The notes under the pieces are model-generated. The model saw only the letters and a program-made list of their open reading frames with translations. It was not told where the DNA came from and ran no database searches. Positions 1-8,617 of a stretch of DNA of 49,319 bases are shown here, piece by piece. Each line of letters begins with the position of its first letter. The first letter of the stretch is position 1. The translations under genes and the position numbers were made by a program. Source of the DNA: Chloroflexia bacterium (lineage in GTDB: Bacteria > Chloroflexota > Chloroflexia > QHBQ01 > JADMIH01); contig JBJMMB010000407.1 in NCBI GenBank assembly GCA_045805005.1, positions 1 through 49,319 of the forward strand, in the 5' to 3' direction.

Positions 1-33
1 GGTCTCCCTGCCGGGGGTTTCGGTGTCCCCCAA
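1..33 (+). repeat. Window-truncated copy of the 45-nt double-hairpin dispersed repeat (called DH45 here)
   Basis: ggtctccctgccgggggtttcggtgtcccccaa matches the 3' two thirds of the GGGGTGCAGGGGTCTCCCTGCCGGGGGNTTGGGGGTGTCCCCCAA consensus seen at 11 other sites. Confidence 0.8.
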
Positions 34-52
34 AGCTCATATTATTGTCCCC

Positions 53-84
53 GTGAGGGGGCCTGGGGTGAGGGGCTCTCCCCA
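53..84 (+). repeat. G-rich motif GAGGGGGCCTGGGGTGAGGGG, copy 1
   Basis: gtgagggggcctggggtgaggggctctcccc. A near copy lies at 186-221. Both sit in a non-coding repeat cluster. Confidence 0.6.
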
Positions 85-113
85 CTAAGGGGCTTGGGGT
101 ATCCTCCAAGAAA

Positions 114-158
114 GGGGTGCAGGGGTCTCCCTGCCGGGGGGTTGGGGGTGTCCCCCAA
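114..158 (+). repeat. DH45 double-hairpin repeat, full copy
   Basis: ggggtgcaggggtctccctgccggggggttgggggtgtcccccaa. Hairpin 1 is GCAGGG-GTCT-CCCTGC and hairpin 2 is TTGGGGG-TGT-CCCCCAA. A CT-rich tail follows. Confidence 0.9.
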
Positions 159-185
159 AGTTCATTTTATTCTCCTCCTCTCCCG

Positions 186-221
186 CAGGGAGAGGGGGCC
201 GGGGGGTGAGGGGTCTTCCCC
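186..221 (+). repeat. G-rich motif GAGGGGGCCGGGGGGTGAGGGG, copy 2
   Basis: cagggagagggggccggggggtgaggggtcttccccc is similar to 53-84. Confidence 0.6.
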
Positions 222-224
222 CTA

Positions 225-253
225 TTGACAACCTCCCCCGCTAGTGCTTTAAC
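225..253 (+). promoter_or_regulatory. Candidate sigma-70-type promoter for the 341 gene
   Basis: TTGACA (225-230), a 17-nt spacer ending in TGc (extended -10), then TTTAAC (248-253). It lies about 90 nt upstream of the ATG at 341. Confidence 0.3.
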
Positions 254-340
254 TGTAGGTACACAGCAGCGTGCACACACTGCGCGGGCCTGCGCGTAAG
301 CCGGGCCCTATCCGCCACCCGGCGAAGCCGAAAGCAAGGC

Positions 341-1843
341 ATGGTTATGGAAGTCGAGCAGCATATTGTCGAGCCGGCAGACGAAGGCCGGCTTGAGAGC
401 GACGCGCAAGACCGCCCGCAAGCCGCCGGCCCTGTCCGCCTGCTTGGTTGGTTCATGTGGGTGCTCTCCATGGCCCTCCTCATCACCAGCATTATCATCG
501 CCTACGCAGGCGACCCTGACTCCTTCACGTCCAATCTCGGCATCAACCTCACCGCTGCGCCCACCCTCATCGCCTACGCCACGGTCGGCGCCATCATCGC
601 TTCGCGTCGCCCGGAGAACCCCATCGGCTGGATCTTCTGCTCCGCGGCCCTCCTCGTCATGCTAGGGGCCTTTGCCGAAGATTACGCCCGTTACGCCGTG
701 CTCCAACACCCTGGCTCCCTCCCCGCCGGCCTCGCCATGGCCTGGCTCACCACCTGGCCCCTCCAGGTCGGCTTCTTCCTTATGTTCACTTTCCTGCTCC
801 TCCTATTCCCCGACGGCCATCTCCCCTCGCAACGCTGGCGCCCCTTCGCCTGGCTCGCCGCGGTCGCCGTCGTGCTGGTCGGCGTGTTGAACGCTTTCAA
901 GGTCGGCCCAGTCACCCAGGCGCTGCCCATCAACAACCCGTTGGGGATAGACGCTTTCGAGCGCGTGGGCAAGGTGGTGGGGGATCCTCTCATCCTGGTA
1001 ATTATCGTAGCGTGCGGCATCTCCGTCATCGTTCGCTTCCGCCGCGCTCATGGCGAGGAGCGGCAACAGCTCAAGTGGTTCGCCTACGCTGCCGCCATCG
1101 GAGTCGCCCAATTCCTCGTCCTCGGCATCCTTAGTATCTTCTCCATTTCAATACCCGACCCCATAGAGAACGCGCTCACCATCTTCGTCGTCGCCTCTTT
1201 CCCCATTGCCGCCGGCATCGCCATCTTCAAGTACCGCCTGTACGACATTGACCTGCTCATCAACCGCACCCTGGTTTACGTGCCCCTCACCGCCATCCTC
1301 GCGGGCGTCTATTCCGCCTCCATCGCCCTTTTCCAAAAGCTTTTCCTGGCCGTCACCGGCGAGCAATCCGACGCCGCTATCGTGATCACCACCCTCATCC
1401 TCGCCTCCTCGTTCACTCCCATCAAGAACGGCTTGCAGGGCGTCGTCGACAGGCGCTTCAAAGAGGTCCCCGACCCCACCACGAAGCTCCAGGCCTTCGG
1501 CGAGCAGGTACGCTCCTTCGTCCAGTTGAACAGTACCGAACAGCTCAGCCAACGCCTTCTTACCGAATCGACCTCCGCCTTCCAGGCCGCAAGCGGGGCG
1601 GTCTACCTGGACCGCGATGGCCATCCCCAGCAGGTCTACGTCCTCGGCGATTGGGACGGCGAACCCTGTATCAGCGTGCCCCTCCAGGGCAGCCGCGAGC
1701 AACTGGGCACAATCTCCCTCGGCCCCCGCCATAACGGTTTCCCCTACTCACCCCGGGACCGCGAAACCCTCCAAGACCTGGCCAACACGGTCGCACAGGC
1801 ATTGGAGCTGAAGGAGGACCAAAAGAGCGCCCAGGTCACATAG
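341..1843 (+). CDS. Multi-pass membrane protein with a soluble C-terminal sensor-like domain and no kinase domain
   Basis: 500-aa ORF. The first ~330 aa are strongly hydrophobic, about 8 TM segments. They are followed by YRLYDIDLLINRTLVY...VDRRFK and a soluble tail of about 110 aa. High GC3. Start at 341 or 347. Confidence 0.7.
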   Translation: MVMEVEQHIVEPADEGRLESDAQDRPQAAGPVRLLGWFMWVLSMALLITSIIIAYAGDPDSFTSNLGINLTAAPTLIAYATVGAIIASRRPENPIGWIFCSAALLVMLGAFAEDYARYAVLQHPGSLPAGLAMAWLTTWPLQVGFFLMFTFLLLLFPDGHLPSQRWRPFAWLAAVAVVLVGVLNAFKVGPVTQALPINNPLGIDAFERVGKVVGDPLILVIIVACGISVIVRFRRAHGEERQQLKWFAYAAAIGVAQFLVLGILSIFSISIPDPIENALTIFVVASFPIAAGIAIFKYRLYDIDLLINRTLVYVPLTAILAGVYSASIALFQKLFLAVTGEQSDAAIVITTLILASSFTPIKNGLQGVVDRRFKEVPDPTTKLQAFGEQVRSFVQLNSTEQLSQRLLTESTSAFQAASGAVYLDRDGHPQQVYVLGDWDGEPCISVPLQGSREQLGTISLGPRHNGFPYSPRDRETLQDLANTVAQALELKEDQKSAQVT

Positions 1844-1869
1844 AACCCCCAAATAAGGGATAATAGACT

Positions 1870-1972
1870 GTAGGGCCGGTAGCGAAGCGGACGACCCCCG
1901 TTGCCTGCCCTGGTCTTATACCACCAACCCCTCGGCTGGCGAACCGGGCAGGCAACGGGGGCCTGCCCCTAC
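1870..1972. repeat. GTAGGG...CCCCTAC palindromic (REP/MITE-like) element
   Basis: Internal inverted repeat cccccgttgcctgccc (1895-1910) / gggcaggcaacggggg (1946-1961). The termini are gtaggg / cccctac. It shares its core with the elements at 15599 and 46160. Confidence 0.8.
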
Positions 1973-1986
1973 GAAAGTGACGAACC

Positions 1987-4092
1987 TTGACCGATACCCT
2001 GAAACCCCAATCCCAGGCCCTCCTCCGCCAGGCCCTGGCCGACCCCACCGCCGACTTCAGGGAGGGCCAATGGGAGGCCATCGAGAGCCTCGTGCAAGAT
2101 CATGCCCGCCTCCTCGTCGTGCAACGCACCGGCTGGGGCAAAAGCGTCGTCTATTTCCTCACCACCCGCCTGCTGCGCGACCGGGGCGCGGGCCCCACCC
2201 TCCTTGTCTCTCCACTGCTCGCCCTCATGCGCAACCAGCTCCTCGCCGCCGAGCGCCTGGGAGTCCGCGCCGAAACCGTCAATTCCAGCAACAAAGATGA
2301 CTGGGCCGCCATCTACGAGCGCCTGGCCGCCAACGAGGTAGACATTCTCCTCATCTCCCCGGAGCGCCTCGCTAACGACGACTTCCGCGAGACCGTGCTG
2401 GAGCCCATCACCGCTCGCATCGGCTTCTTCGTGGTGGACGAGGCCCACTGCATATCCGACTGGGGCCACGACTTCCGCCCCGACTACCTGCGCATCGCCC
2501 GCATCCTGCGCGCCCTCCCGCCCAACATCCCAGTCCTCGCCACCACCGCTACCGCTAACAACCGCGTGGTAGACGACGTGCAGGCGCAGCTAGGCTCGGC
2601 GGTCGGCGTCTCCCGCGGCCCCCTCGTCCGCGAAAGCCTGCGCCTCCAGAACATCTACCTCCCCAGCCAGGCCGCGAGGCTCTCCTGGCTCGCGGAGCAC
2701 GTCCCCACCATGCCGGGCAGCGGTATCATCTACACCCTCACCATCCGCGACGCCCAGCGCGTGGCCGAGTGGCTCCGCTCTCGGGGCATCGACGCCCACG
2801 CCTACTGGGGCGACCGCGACACCTCCGAGCGCGAAGACCTGGAGCAGCGCCTCCTCGACAACTGCATCAAGGCCCTGGTAGCCACCACCGCCCTTGGTAT
2901 GGGCTTCGACAAACCCGACCTCGGCTTCGTCATACACTACCAGCGTCCCGGCTCGGTGGTCCACTACTACCAGCAGGTGGGCCGCGCGGGCCGCGCCCTC
3001 CCCCAGGCCTACGCCGTGCTCCTCAACGGCGCCGAGGATCAGGAGATTACCGAGCACTTCATACGCACCGCCTTCCCGCCCGAGGCCCACATCGACGAGG
3101 TTCTGGCCGCGCTCCGCGATGCGCCCGATGGCCTCTCCGTGCCCATGATGGAGCGCCAGGTAAACCTCAGCCGCTCGCAAATCGACAAGGTGCTCAAGAG
3201 CCTGGTGATGAAGTCACCACCGCCCGTCGCCAAGCAGGGCCCACGCTGGTACGCCACGCCCGTGCCCTACACCTCCGACCGCGACAAAATCGAGCGGCTC
3301 ACCGAATTGCGCTACCGCGAGCAGGCCCGCATGCAGGAGTACATGCAAAGCCGCGAATGCCTCATGCTCTTCCTCGCCCGCGAGCTGGACGACGAGGACC
3401 CCCAGCCCTGCGGCCGTTGCGCCGTCTGCAATGGCGCCCCTCTCCTCCCCGAGACCTTCTCCCCCGACCTCCTGCGCGAGGCCACGCGCTTCCTCCGCGG
3501 AGGCGACGAAACGATAGAGCCTCGCAAGCAGTGGCCCCCCGACGCCCTCGCCTCCCACGGCTGGCTCAAGGGCAACATCCCCCTCGACCTGCGCGCCGAG
3601 GAGGGCCGAGCCCTCTGCATGTGGGGCGACGATGGCTGGGGCGAGGAGGTGCGCCACGGCCGCGAGGTCGACGGCCGTTTCGATGAGGAGCTAGTGGCAG
3701 CCGCAGCCGCCCTGGTCCGCGAGCGCTGGCGCCCCGATCCAGCCCCCACCTGGGTCACCTATATCCCCGCCCAGTCCCACCCCGAGCTAATGCCAGATTT
3801 CGCCGCTCGCTTGGCCCGCCTCCTCGGCCTCCCCTTCGTCCCCTGCGTGCGCCGCGTCCGCCCCAGCCGCCCGCAGAAAGAGATGGAGAACAGCTACCAG
3901 CAGGCCCACAACCTCGACGGAGCCTTCCGCGTTCCCCCGGGCCAGCCCCACCCCGGCCCCGTCCTCCTCCTCGATGACACTGTAGACTCCCGCTGGACCT
4001 TCACCTTAGTAGCCGCCCTCCTGCGCCAATCCGGCAGCGGCCCCGTCTACCCCCTGGCCCTCGCAGACACCTCGGGCCAGGACTCGGTGTGA
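1987..4092 (+). CDS. RecQ-family ATP-dependent DNA helicase with a C-terminal ComF/GntX-type phosphoribosyltransferase-like domain
   Basis: Motifs seen: QRTGWGKS, VVDEAHCISDWGHDFRPDY, ATTATA, QQVGRAGR and a Cys cluster C-x16-CGRCAVC. The C-terminus reads QQAHNLDGAFRV...VLLLDDTVDSRWT. TTG start at 1987; there is no in-frame ATG nearby. Confidence 0.85.
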   Translation: MTDTLKPQSQALLRQALADPTADFREGQWEAIESLVQDHARLLVVQRTGWGKSVVYFLTTRLLRDRGAGPTLLVSPLLALMRNQLLAAERLGVRAETVNSSNKDDWAAIYERLAANEVDILLISPERLANDDFRETVLEPITARIGFFVVDEAHCISDWGHDFRPDYLRIARILRALPPNIPVLATTATANNRVVDDVQAQLGSAVGVSRGPLVRESLRLQNIYLPSQAARLSWLAEHVPTMPGSGIIYTLTIRDAQRVAEWLRSRGIDAHAYWGDRDTSEREDLEQRLLDNCIKALVATTALGMGFDKPDLGFVIHYQRPGSVVHYYQQVGRAGRALPQAYAVLLNGAEDQEITEHFIRTAFPPEAHIDEVLAALRDAPDGLSVPMMERQVNLSRSQIDKVLKSLVMKSPPPVAKQGPRWYATPVPYTSDRDKIERLTELRYREQARMQEYMQSRECLMLFLARELDDEDPQPCGRCAVCNGAPLLPETFSPDLLREATRFLRGGDETIEPRKQWPPDALASHGWLKGNIPLDLRAEEGRALCMWGDDGWGEEVRHGREVDGRFDEELVAAAAALVRERWRPDPAPTWVTYIPAQSHPELMPDFAARLARLLGLPFVPCVRRVRPSRPQKEMENSYQQAHNLDGAFRVPPGQPHPGPVLLLDDTVDSRWTFTLVAALLRQSGSGPVYPLALADTSGQDSV

Positions 4093-4205
4093 TTTCAGGG
4101 TTGGACCCGAGCCAGGTACCGATTCTGTGAACACCACCGTCTCTGAATCGGTCTTGCTCCACCGGCCGTCGTAACGCCGGCATTAGGTTTCCACAGGATT
4201 GATAT

Positions 4206-4712
4206 TCAATGCGGCACGGGGTCGTTGGTGCCACGCTCGATGAATGAGGCCAGCTTTCGTAGAGATTGCCTCGAACCCATTTCGTTGTCTTCGAGGCGTA
4301 TACCCTTTGGGATGTCCTCGCAGAGTGCGGTGACTTCGGTTCCTCCCTCGACGTCCGCCAGGATCCAGGTGATTCTCATCTCGCCTGCGAAGTCTGGCTC
4401 CTGGGATTCAAACTCAACGACCCAGACAATCTTCTCATTGGGGAGCAATTCGACAAACCTCCCCTCGAATGTGTCCGTGTCTTCGGATGTCTTGCCACGC
4501 GGTGCATTAAGACGGTCCAGGTACGTAAGCGACATTCGGAACTTGCCACCCTCCCGCGGCTCGAAGGTATCTATTAGACCTCTCATGCCATCAGGTGGAA
4601 GCCACGATGCCACCGCACCTGGCTCAAGGAATGCCCGATAGACTATCTCTCGCGGCGCTTTGATAGTCTGTGAAACCCGCGTGCTCCTACCTTTGCTAGA
4701 CGGCTGCCTCAT
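4206..4712 (-). CDS. SRPBCC / AHSA1 (Aha1-like) domain protein
   Basis: 168 aa. The pattern VSQTIKAPREIVYRAFLEP...WLPP...FEGRFVELLPNEKIVWVVEF is typical of the family. GGAGG lies 9 nt upstream of the ATG. GC is lower than in the neighbours. Confidence 0.8.
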   Translation of the reverse strand: MRQPSSKGRSTRVSQTIKAPREIVYRAFLEPGAVASWLPPDGMRGLIDTFEPREGGKFRMSLTYLDRLNAPRGKTSEDTDTFEGRFVELLPNEKIVWVVEFESQEPDFAGEMRITWILADVEGGTEVTALCEDIPKGIRLEDNEMGSRQSLRKLASFIERGTNDPVPH

Positions 4713-4784
4713 GATTGCCTGCCTCCTTCCCTGATAGGAGCCCCCTTCCCTGGGAGGGAAAGGGGCTAGGGAACAGGTGGTAGG

Positions 4785-4812
4785 CCGACTGCCGACTGCC
4801 TACTGCCTACTT
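4785..4812 (+). repeat. Tandem heptamer array CCGACTG CCGACTG CCTACTG CCTACTT
   Basis: Four units read directly. The array overlaps the stop codon (4807-4809, minus strand) of the S41 peptidase gene. Confidence 0.85.
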
Positions 4813-6591
4813 CCCCTGAATAATCCCCTCGGCAGCGAGCACCTGCGGGTCTTCCTCTATCGGGTGCTCGTACCATGGCACGTCCATCGTCACGTCGGGC
4901 ACCAGGCCCTTGTCCTCGATGCTCGTGCCGTCCGGGCGCTCGAAGGTGGCGAAGGCCAGGGCCAGGCGTGAGCCGTCGGCCAGGTCGTACGGCTGCACCG
5001 TTTCTGTGTTGCCCGCCGTGGTCGTGCCCACCACTTTCGCCCGGTTCAGGTCGTGCATCGCCACCGAGAAGCGCTCGCACGCGCTCTCACACGAATTGCT
5101 CACAAGTAGCACTATTGGCTTGCCCCGGAGCGCCGCCAGCGTGGCACCTGTGGGCACCGTATCCGTCGTGCGCGAGGTCCGCGTGGCTTCATAGCCCGTC
5201 TTGCCTCCGTCCAGGAAGAGCTTCTCCGTGTCCACAAGCTCGCTGATGAACCCGCCCCCATTCTCCCGGAGGTCGATTATCAGCCCGTCCACCGGCCCCG
5301 ACGCGGCCAGCTTCTGCAACTCCTGCTGCACCTCGCCCGCGATGCCGAACTTGTAGAACGTCGGCATGTCCAGGAACCCTATATTCGTCCCCGGCAGCCT
5401 CCGCGCAGCGGCGTGGAAGGTGTAAGTCACCTCGGCCCGCACCAGCGTCACGTCCCTCGCCGCCTTGCCCGGCGACTCGATCGTGAGCGTCACTTGCGTG
5501 CCCGCCGCCCCTCGTATCAGGTGGGGCGCGTCGTTGATATTCTGGAGGGGCGTGCCGTTCACCGCCCTTATCACATCGAACGGCTTGAGGCCGGCCTGCT
5601 CCGCGGGGCTGCCCGGTATCACGAACTGGATGCGCACCCCGTTGTCCACCCACTGCGTTATCACCCCGATACCGGAGAGCTTCAGCGTGCCCTGCTGCAA
5701 GGCGTCGTCCTCTTTAGCCTCCTGCGGGTTCTCAAACCCGGAGTGTCTGTCGTTCAGCTTCTCGATCATCTCGGCTATGAGGTCATACGCCGCGTCCCCG
5801 TTCGGCGCGGCCTTAATCTTCGCTGCGTACTCATCGTGTACTGCCTGCCAGTTCAGCCCCCTGAAATCGGTGTACACGTAATGGTCTCGCACCAACGCCC
5901 ACACCCGCTCGAACGTGTCCAGGTGGCGCGACCCATACGCCGCGCTGTAACGGGTCGTGCCCAGTTGCGACAGCAGCACGTTGTAGGGGGCCTTGTTCTC
6001 TGGGTGGGACTCGAACACCGCGCGCTCGAAGTATTGGACGGTGTAGGTCTTGCCGTCCAGGTCGCTCTTCTCCTGGAACTCCTCCGAGATGGGGTAGCCT
6101 TGCTGCGCCAGGCCGCCGTGCTGCTGCCAGTAGGTGAGGAAAAGCCCACCCGCCGTCTTGCCCGTCTCCGGGAAAGTCACCGAGCCTGCGCTCCTGTTTG
6201 CCGCCTGGTTGGTGGCCCCGTTGGGATACTTCTGCTTATATGTGTAGCTGCCCAGAAGCGACAGCAGCACATCGTAAGGGGCCTTGTTCTCCGGGTGTGC
6301 CTCAAACACTGCCCGCTCGAAGTACTGCATCGTATACGACTTGCCGTCGGTGTCAGACTTCTCCTGCATCTCATCAGAGATCGGGTAGCCCTGTTGCGCG
6401 AGCCCGCCGTGGCTGTTCCAGTAGCTCAGGAACTTGCCCTGCACCGTCTTCCCCGTCTCCGGGAACGTCTGGCTCCCTGCCTGCGCGGCCGTGGGCGCCA
6501 CGCGCAACCCCGGCGCGCAAAGCGAAGCCGCCACAAGCACTGCGAGCGCGATAACCCGCGGCGCTCGACCATATCTTTTCGCGATTACCAT
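4807..6591 (-). CDS. Secreted S41 family (C-terminal processing) peptidase with a PDZ domain and two N-terminal repeat modules
   Basis: 594 aa. Signal peptide. A ~65-aa module is present twice (FPETGKT..G.F..YW..HGGLAQQGYPIS.E..EKSD.DGK.YT.QYFERAVFE.HPENKAPY). PDZ-like segment GIGVI...GSPAEQAGLKPFDVIRAVNG. S41 core LLVSNSCESACERF. Confidence 0.85.
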   Translation of the reverse strand: MVIAKRYGRAPRVIALAVLVAASLCAPGLRVAPTAAQAGSQTFPETGKTVQGKFLSYWNSHGGLAQQGYPISDEMQEKSDTDGKSYTMQYFERAVFEAHPENKAPYDVLLSLLGSYTYKQKYPNGATNQAANRSAGSVTFPETGKTAGGLFLTYWQQHGGLAQQGYPISEEFQEKSDLDGKTYTVQYFERAVFESHPENKAPYNVLLSQLGTTRYSAAYGSRHLDTFERVWALVRDHYVYTDFRGLNWQAVHDEYAAKIKAAPNGDAAYDLIAEMIEKLNDRHSGFENPQEAKEDDALQQGTLKLSGIGVITQWVDNGVRIQFVIPGSPAEQAGLKPFDVIRAVNGTPLQNINDAPHLIRGAAGTQVTLTIESPGKAARDVTLVRAEVTYTFHAAARRLPGTNIGFLDMPTFYKFGIAGEVQQELQKLAASGPVDGLIIDLRENGGGFISELVDTEKLFLDGGKTGYEATRTSRTTDTVPTGATLAALRGKPIVLLVSNSCESACERFSVAMHDLNRAKVVGTTTAGNTETVQPYDLADGSRLALAFATFERPDGTSIEDKGLVPDVTMDVPWYEHPIEEDPQVLAAEGIIQGK

Positions 6592-6705
6592 GTCTTTACA
6601 ATTCTCTCTATTTTAGTGTGGGGTCCAAAGCCGCTCGTAGATCTGTCCTTGTCTGATATTATACAAAGTTTGCACGGGCATCAGGGCTCAGTGTCTGCCT
6701 GCAAT

Positions 6706-6740
6706 CCCCGACCTCTGACCCCCGACCCTCGATCCCCAGC
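6706..6740 (+). repeat. Tandem heptamer array CCCCGAC CTCTGAC CCCCGAC CCTCGAT CCCCAGC
   Basis: Five degenerate 7-nt units in the divergent intergenic region between the peptidase and the ABC binding-protein genes. Confidence 0.75.
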
Positions 6741-6746
6741 CAGACC

Positions 6747-6777
6747 TTGACAGCACTGCCCACTCGTATCCTATAAT
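6747..6777 (+). promoter_or_regulatory. Candidate promoter for the ABC transporter operon
   Basis: Perfect TTGACA (6747-6752) and TATAAT (6772-6777), but the 19-nt spacer is long. It sits in a lower-GC intergenic region about 250 nt upstream of the ATG at 7029. Confidence 0.4.
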
Positions 6778-7028
6778 GCAAGTGTTTGAATGCCAAATAC
6801 GGCAGTCCCTTCAATCTATTACGCTGCTAATTCGTGTAGGTTTCAAGTTTTGGCTTGCCCTGGGATAACTTTGAGCTTGGATCACAAAGTCAATAGTCAA
6901 CCCAGCCCCGGCATTCCGGTCCCGAAGGGGGTGGTGCGCATCGCCAAATAAAGACCATAAGGCTACTTTAAACATTCACCCGGTATTACAAAATTGGAAA
7001 ATGGACACTCCAAAGGAGGAGAATCACA

Positions 7029-8546
7029 ATGTCCCTGTTCAAATCACGCATCACCTGGTTGATCGCCCTCGCGGTCATCCTGATGCCTTTGCTGGCGGCC
7101 TGCGGTGGCGACACTTCTACGCCTACCTCCGTGCCCGCCGCTGCCACCGATACACCCGCGGCTGCGGCCGCGGCCGCTACTGACACGCCTGCGGCGGCTG
7201 CCACCGATACCCCGGCGGCGGCTATGACGCCCACGGAGGCTGCCATGGCGGGCGAGACCCCCACCGCTGCCATGACCGGCACCACCGGCACCACAGACCA
7301 GATGGCCGCGCTCGCCGCCGAGGGCATCAAGCCCGACCCGAGCGCTTCGGGCAAGTTCGAGTTCTTTAGCTGGTGGACCGCCGGCGGCGAGGCCGACGGC
7401 AAGAACGACATACTCAACCTCTACAAGCAGCTCTACCCTGGGGTCCAGGTCGTGGATGCAGCGGTAGCCGGCGGTGCGGGCAACAATGCCAAGGCCGTGC
7501 TCAAGACCCGTATGCAGGGCAACGACCCGCCCGATACCTTCCAGGTACACGGCGGCCCCGAGCTTATCGATGGCTACGTCAAAGCCGGCCGCATGGACCC
7601 GGTCACCTCGATCTATACTGACATGAATATGAAGAGCGCTTACCCCGCCCAGTTGCTCTCCATGGTCAGCGACGGTGGGGAGATCTACTCGGTGCCCGCG
7701 AACATCCACCGCGGCAACGTGCTCTTCTACAACACGAAGGTCTTCAAGGACAACAACCTCACCCCTCCGAAGACCTGGGCCGACATCTACACAGTCTCTG
7801 AAGCCCTCAAGGCCAAAGGGATCGCCCCCTTCGCCGTCGGTAGCAAGGACGCCTGGCCTGTTACCATGCTCTTCGAAGATGCCCTGCTCGCTAACGTGGG
7901 CGCCGACAAATTCAACGCCCTCATGTCGGGTAAGGCGGACTGGACCGATCCCGGCGTGGTCGCCGCGCTCGGCGTGATGCAGAAGCTCTGGACCGGCGGC
8001 TATATTAACAAAGACAATGCCGCCCAAACCTGGGACCAGGCGGCGGGCGAAGTGCTCAAGGGCACCGCGGCCATGACCGTTATGGGCGACTGGGCCAAGG
8101 GCTACTTCCAGGCCAACGACAAGGATAACTGGTCCACCGATATCGGCTGGATGCCCACCCCGGGCACCGAGGGCATCTTCAAGGTCATCACCGACAGCTT
8201 TGGCCTACCCAAGGGTGCCAAGGATGCCCAGAACACCAAGAACTTCCTCAAGCTTATCGGCTCCAAGGTTGGCCAGGTAACCTTCAACCTGCGCAAGGGC
8301 TCGATACCGGCTCGCACCGATGTCGACACCAGCCAGTTTGATGTCTACATGAAGAGCGCCAACGCCGACTTCGCGTCGGCCAAGTCGCTTGTGGGCAGCG
8401 CCCCGCACGGCTCGGCCACCAACGACGCGTTCGCCAGCGCCCTCAACGATGGCATCAACGCCTTCGTCGCGGCCGCCAGCGACCCGGCACAAGCGGCGAA
8501 AACCGCCGCCGACCTTGCTGCCAAGGCCACCGACCTTCTCAAGTAA
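7029..8546 (+). CDS. Carbohydrate ABC transporter substrate-binding lipoprotein
   Basis: 505 aa. Lipobox LLAACGG. Thr/Ala/Pro linker with in-frame repeats (AATDTPAAA x3). Family-1 solute-binding pattern FEFFSWWTAGGEADG...PPDTFQVHGG. AAGGAGGAG ribosome-binding site. Confidence 0.85.
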   Translation: MSLFKSRITWLIALAVILMPLLAACGGDTSTPTSVPAAATDTPAAAAAAATDTPAAAATDTPAAAMTPTEAAMAGETPTAAMTGTTGTTDQMAALAAEGIKPDPSASGKFEFFSWWTAGGEADGKNDILNLYKQLYPGVQVVDAAVAGGAGNNAKAVLKTRMQGNDPPDTFQVHGGPELIDGYVKAGRMDPVTSIYTDMNMKSAYPAQLLSMVSDGGEIYSVPANIHRGNVLFYNTKVFKDNNLTPPKTWADIYTVSEALKAKGIAPFAVGSKDAWPVTMLFEDALLANVGADKFNALMSGKADWTDPGVVAALGVMQKLWTGGYINKDNAAQTWDQAAGEVLKGTAAMTVMGDWAKGYFQANDKDNWSTDIGWMPTPGTEGIFKVITDSFGLPKGAKDAQNTKNFLKLIGSKVGQVTFNLRKGSIPARTDVDTSQFDVYMKSANADFASAKSLVGSAPHGSATNDAFASALNDGINAFVAAASDPAQAAKTAADLAAKATDLLK

Positions 8547-8558
8547 GTTCTGCGTTCC

Positions 8559-8596
8559 GAGTTATAGGGGAGAGGTATACCTCTCCCCTATAACTC
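8559..8596 (+). terminator. Intra-operon stem-loop after the binding-protein gene (attenuator or mRNA stabiliser)
   Basis: Perfect 17-bp stem gagttataggggagagg / cctctcccctataactc with a TATA loop, placed between the binding-protein and permease genes. No clear U-tract. Confidence 0.55.
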
Positions 8597-8617
8597 AAGA
8601 CAAAACCGAGGCTAAGC

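Noticed and set aside
1987-4092. RecQ-like helicase as part of a multi-gene anti-phage defence system.
   Set aside because: The flanking genes (a membrane sensor-like protein and a convergent SRPBCC protein) are not typical defence partners. No nuclease, methylase or other effector gene is adjacent.
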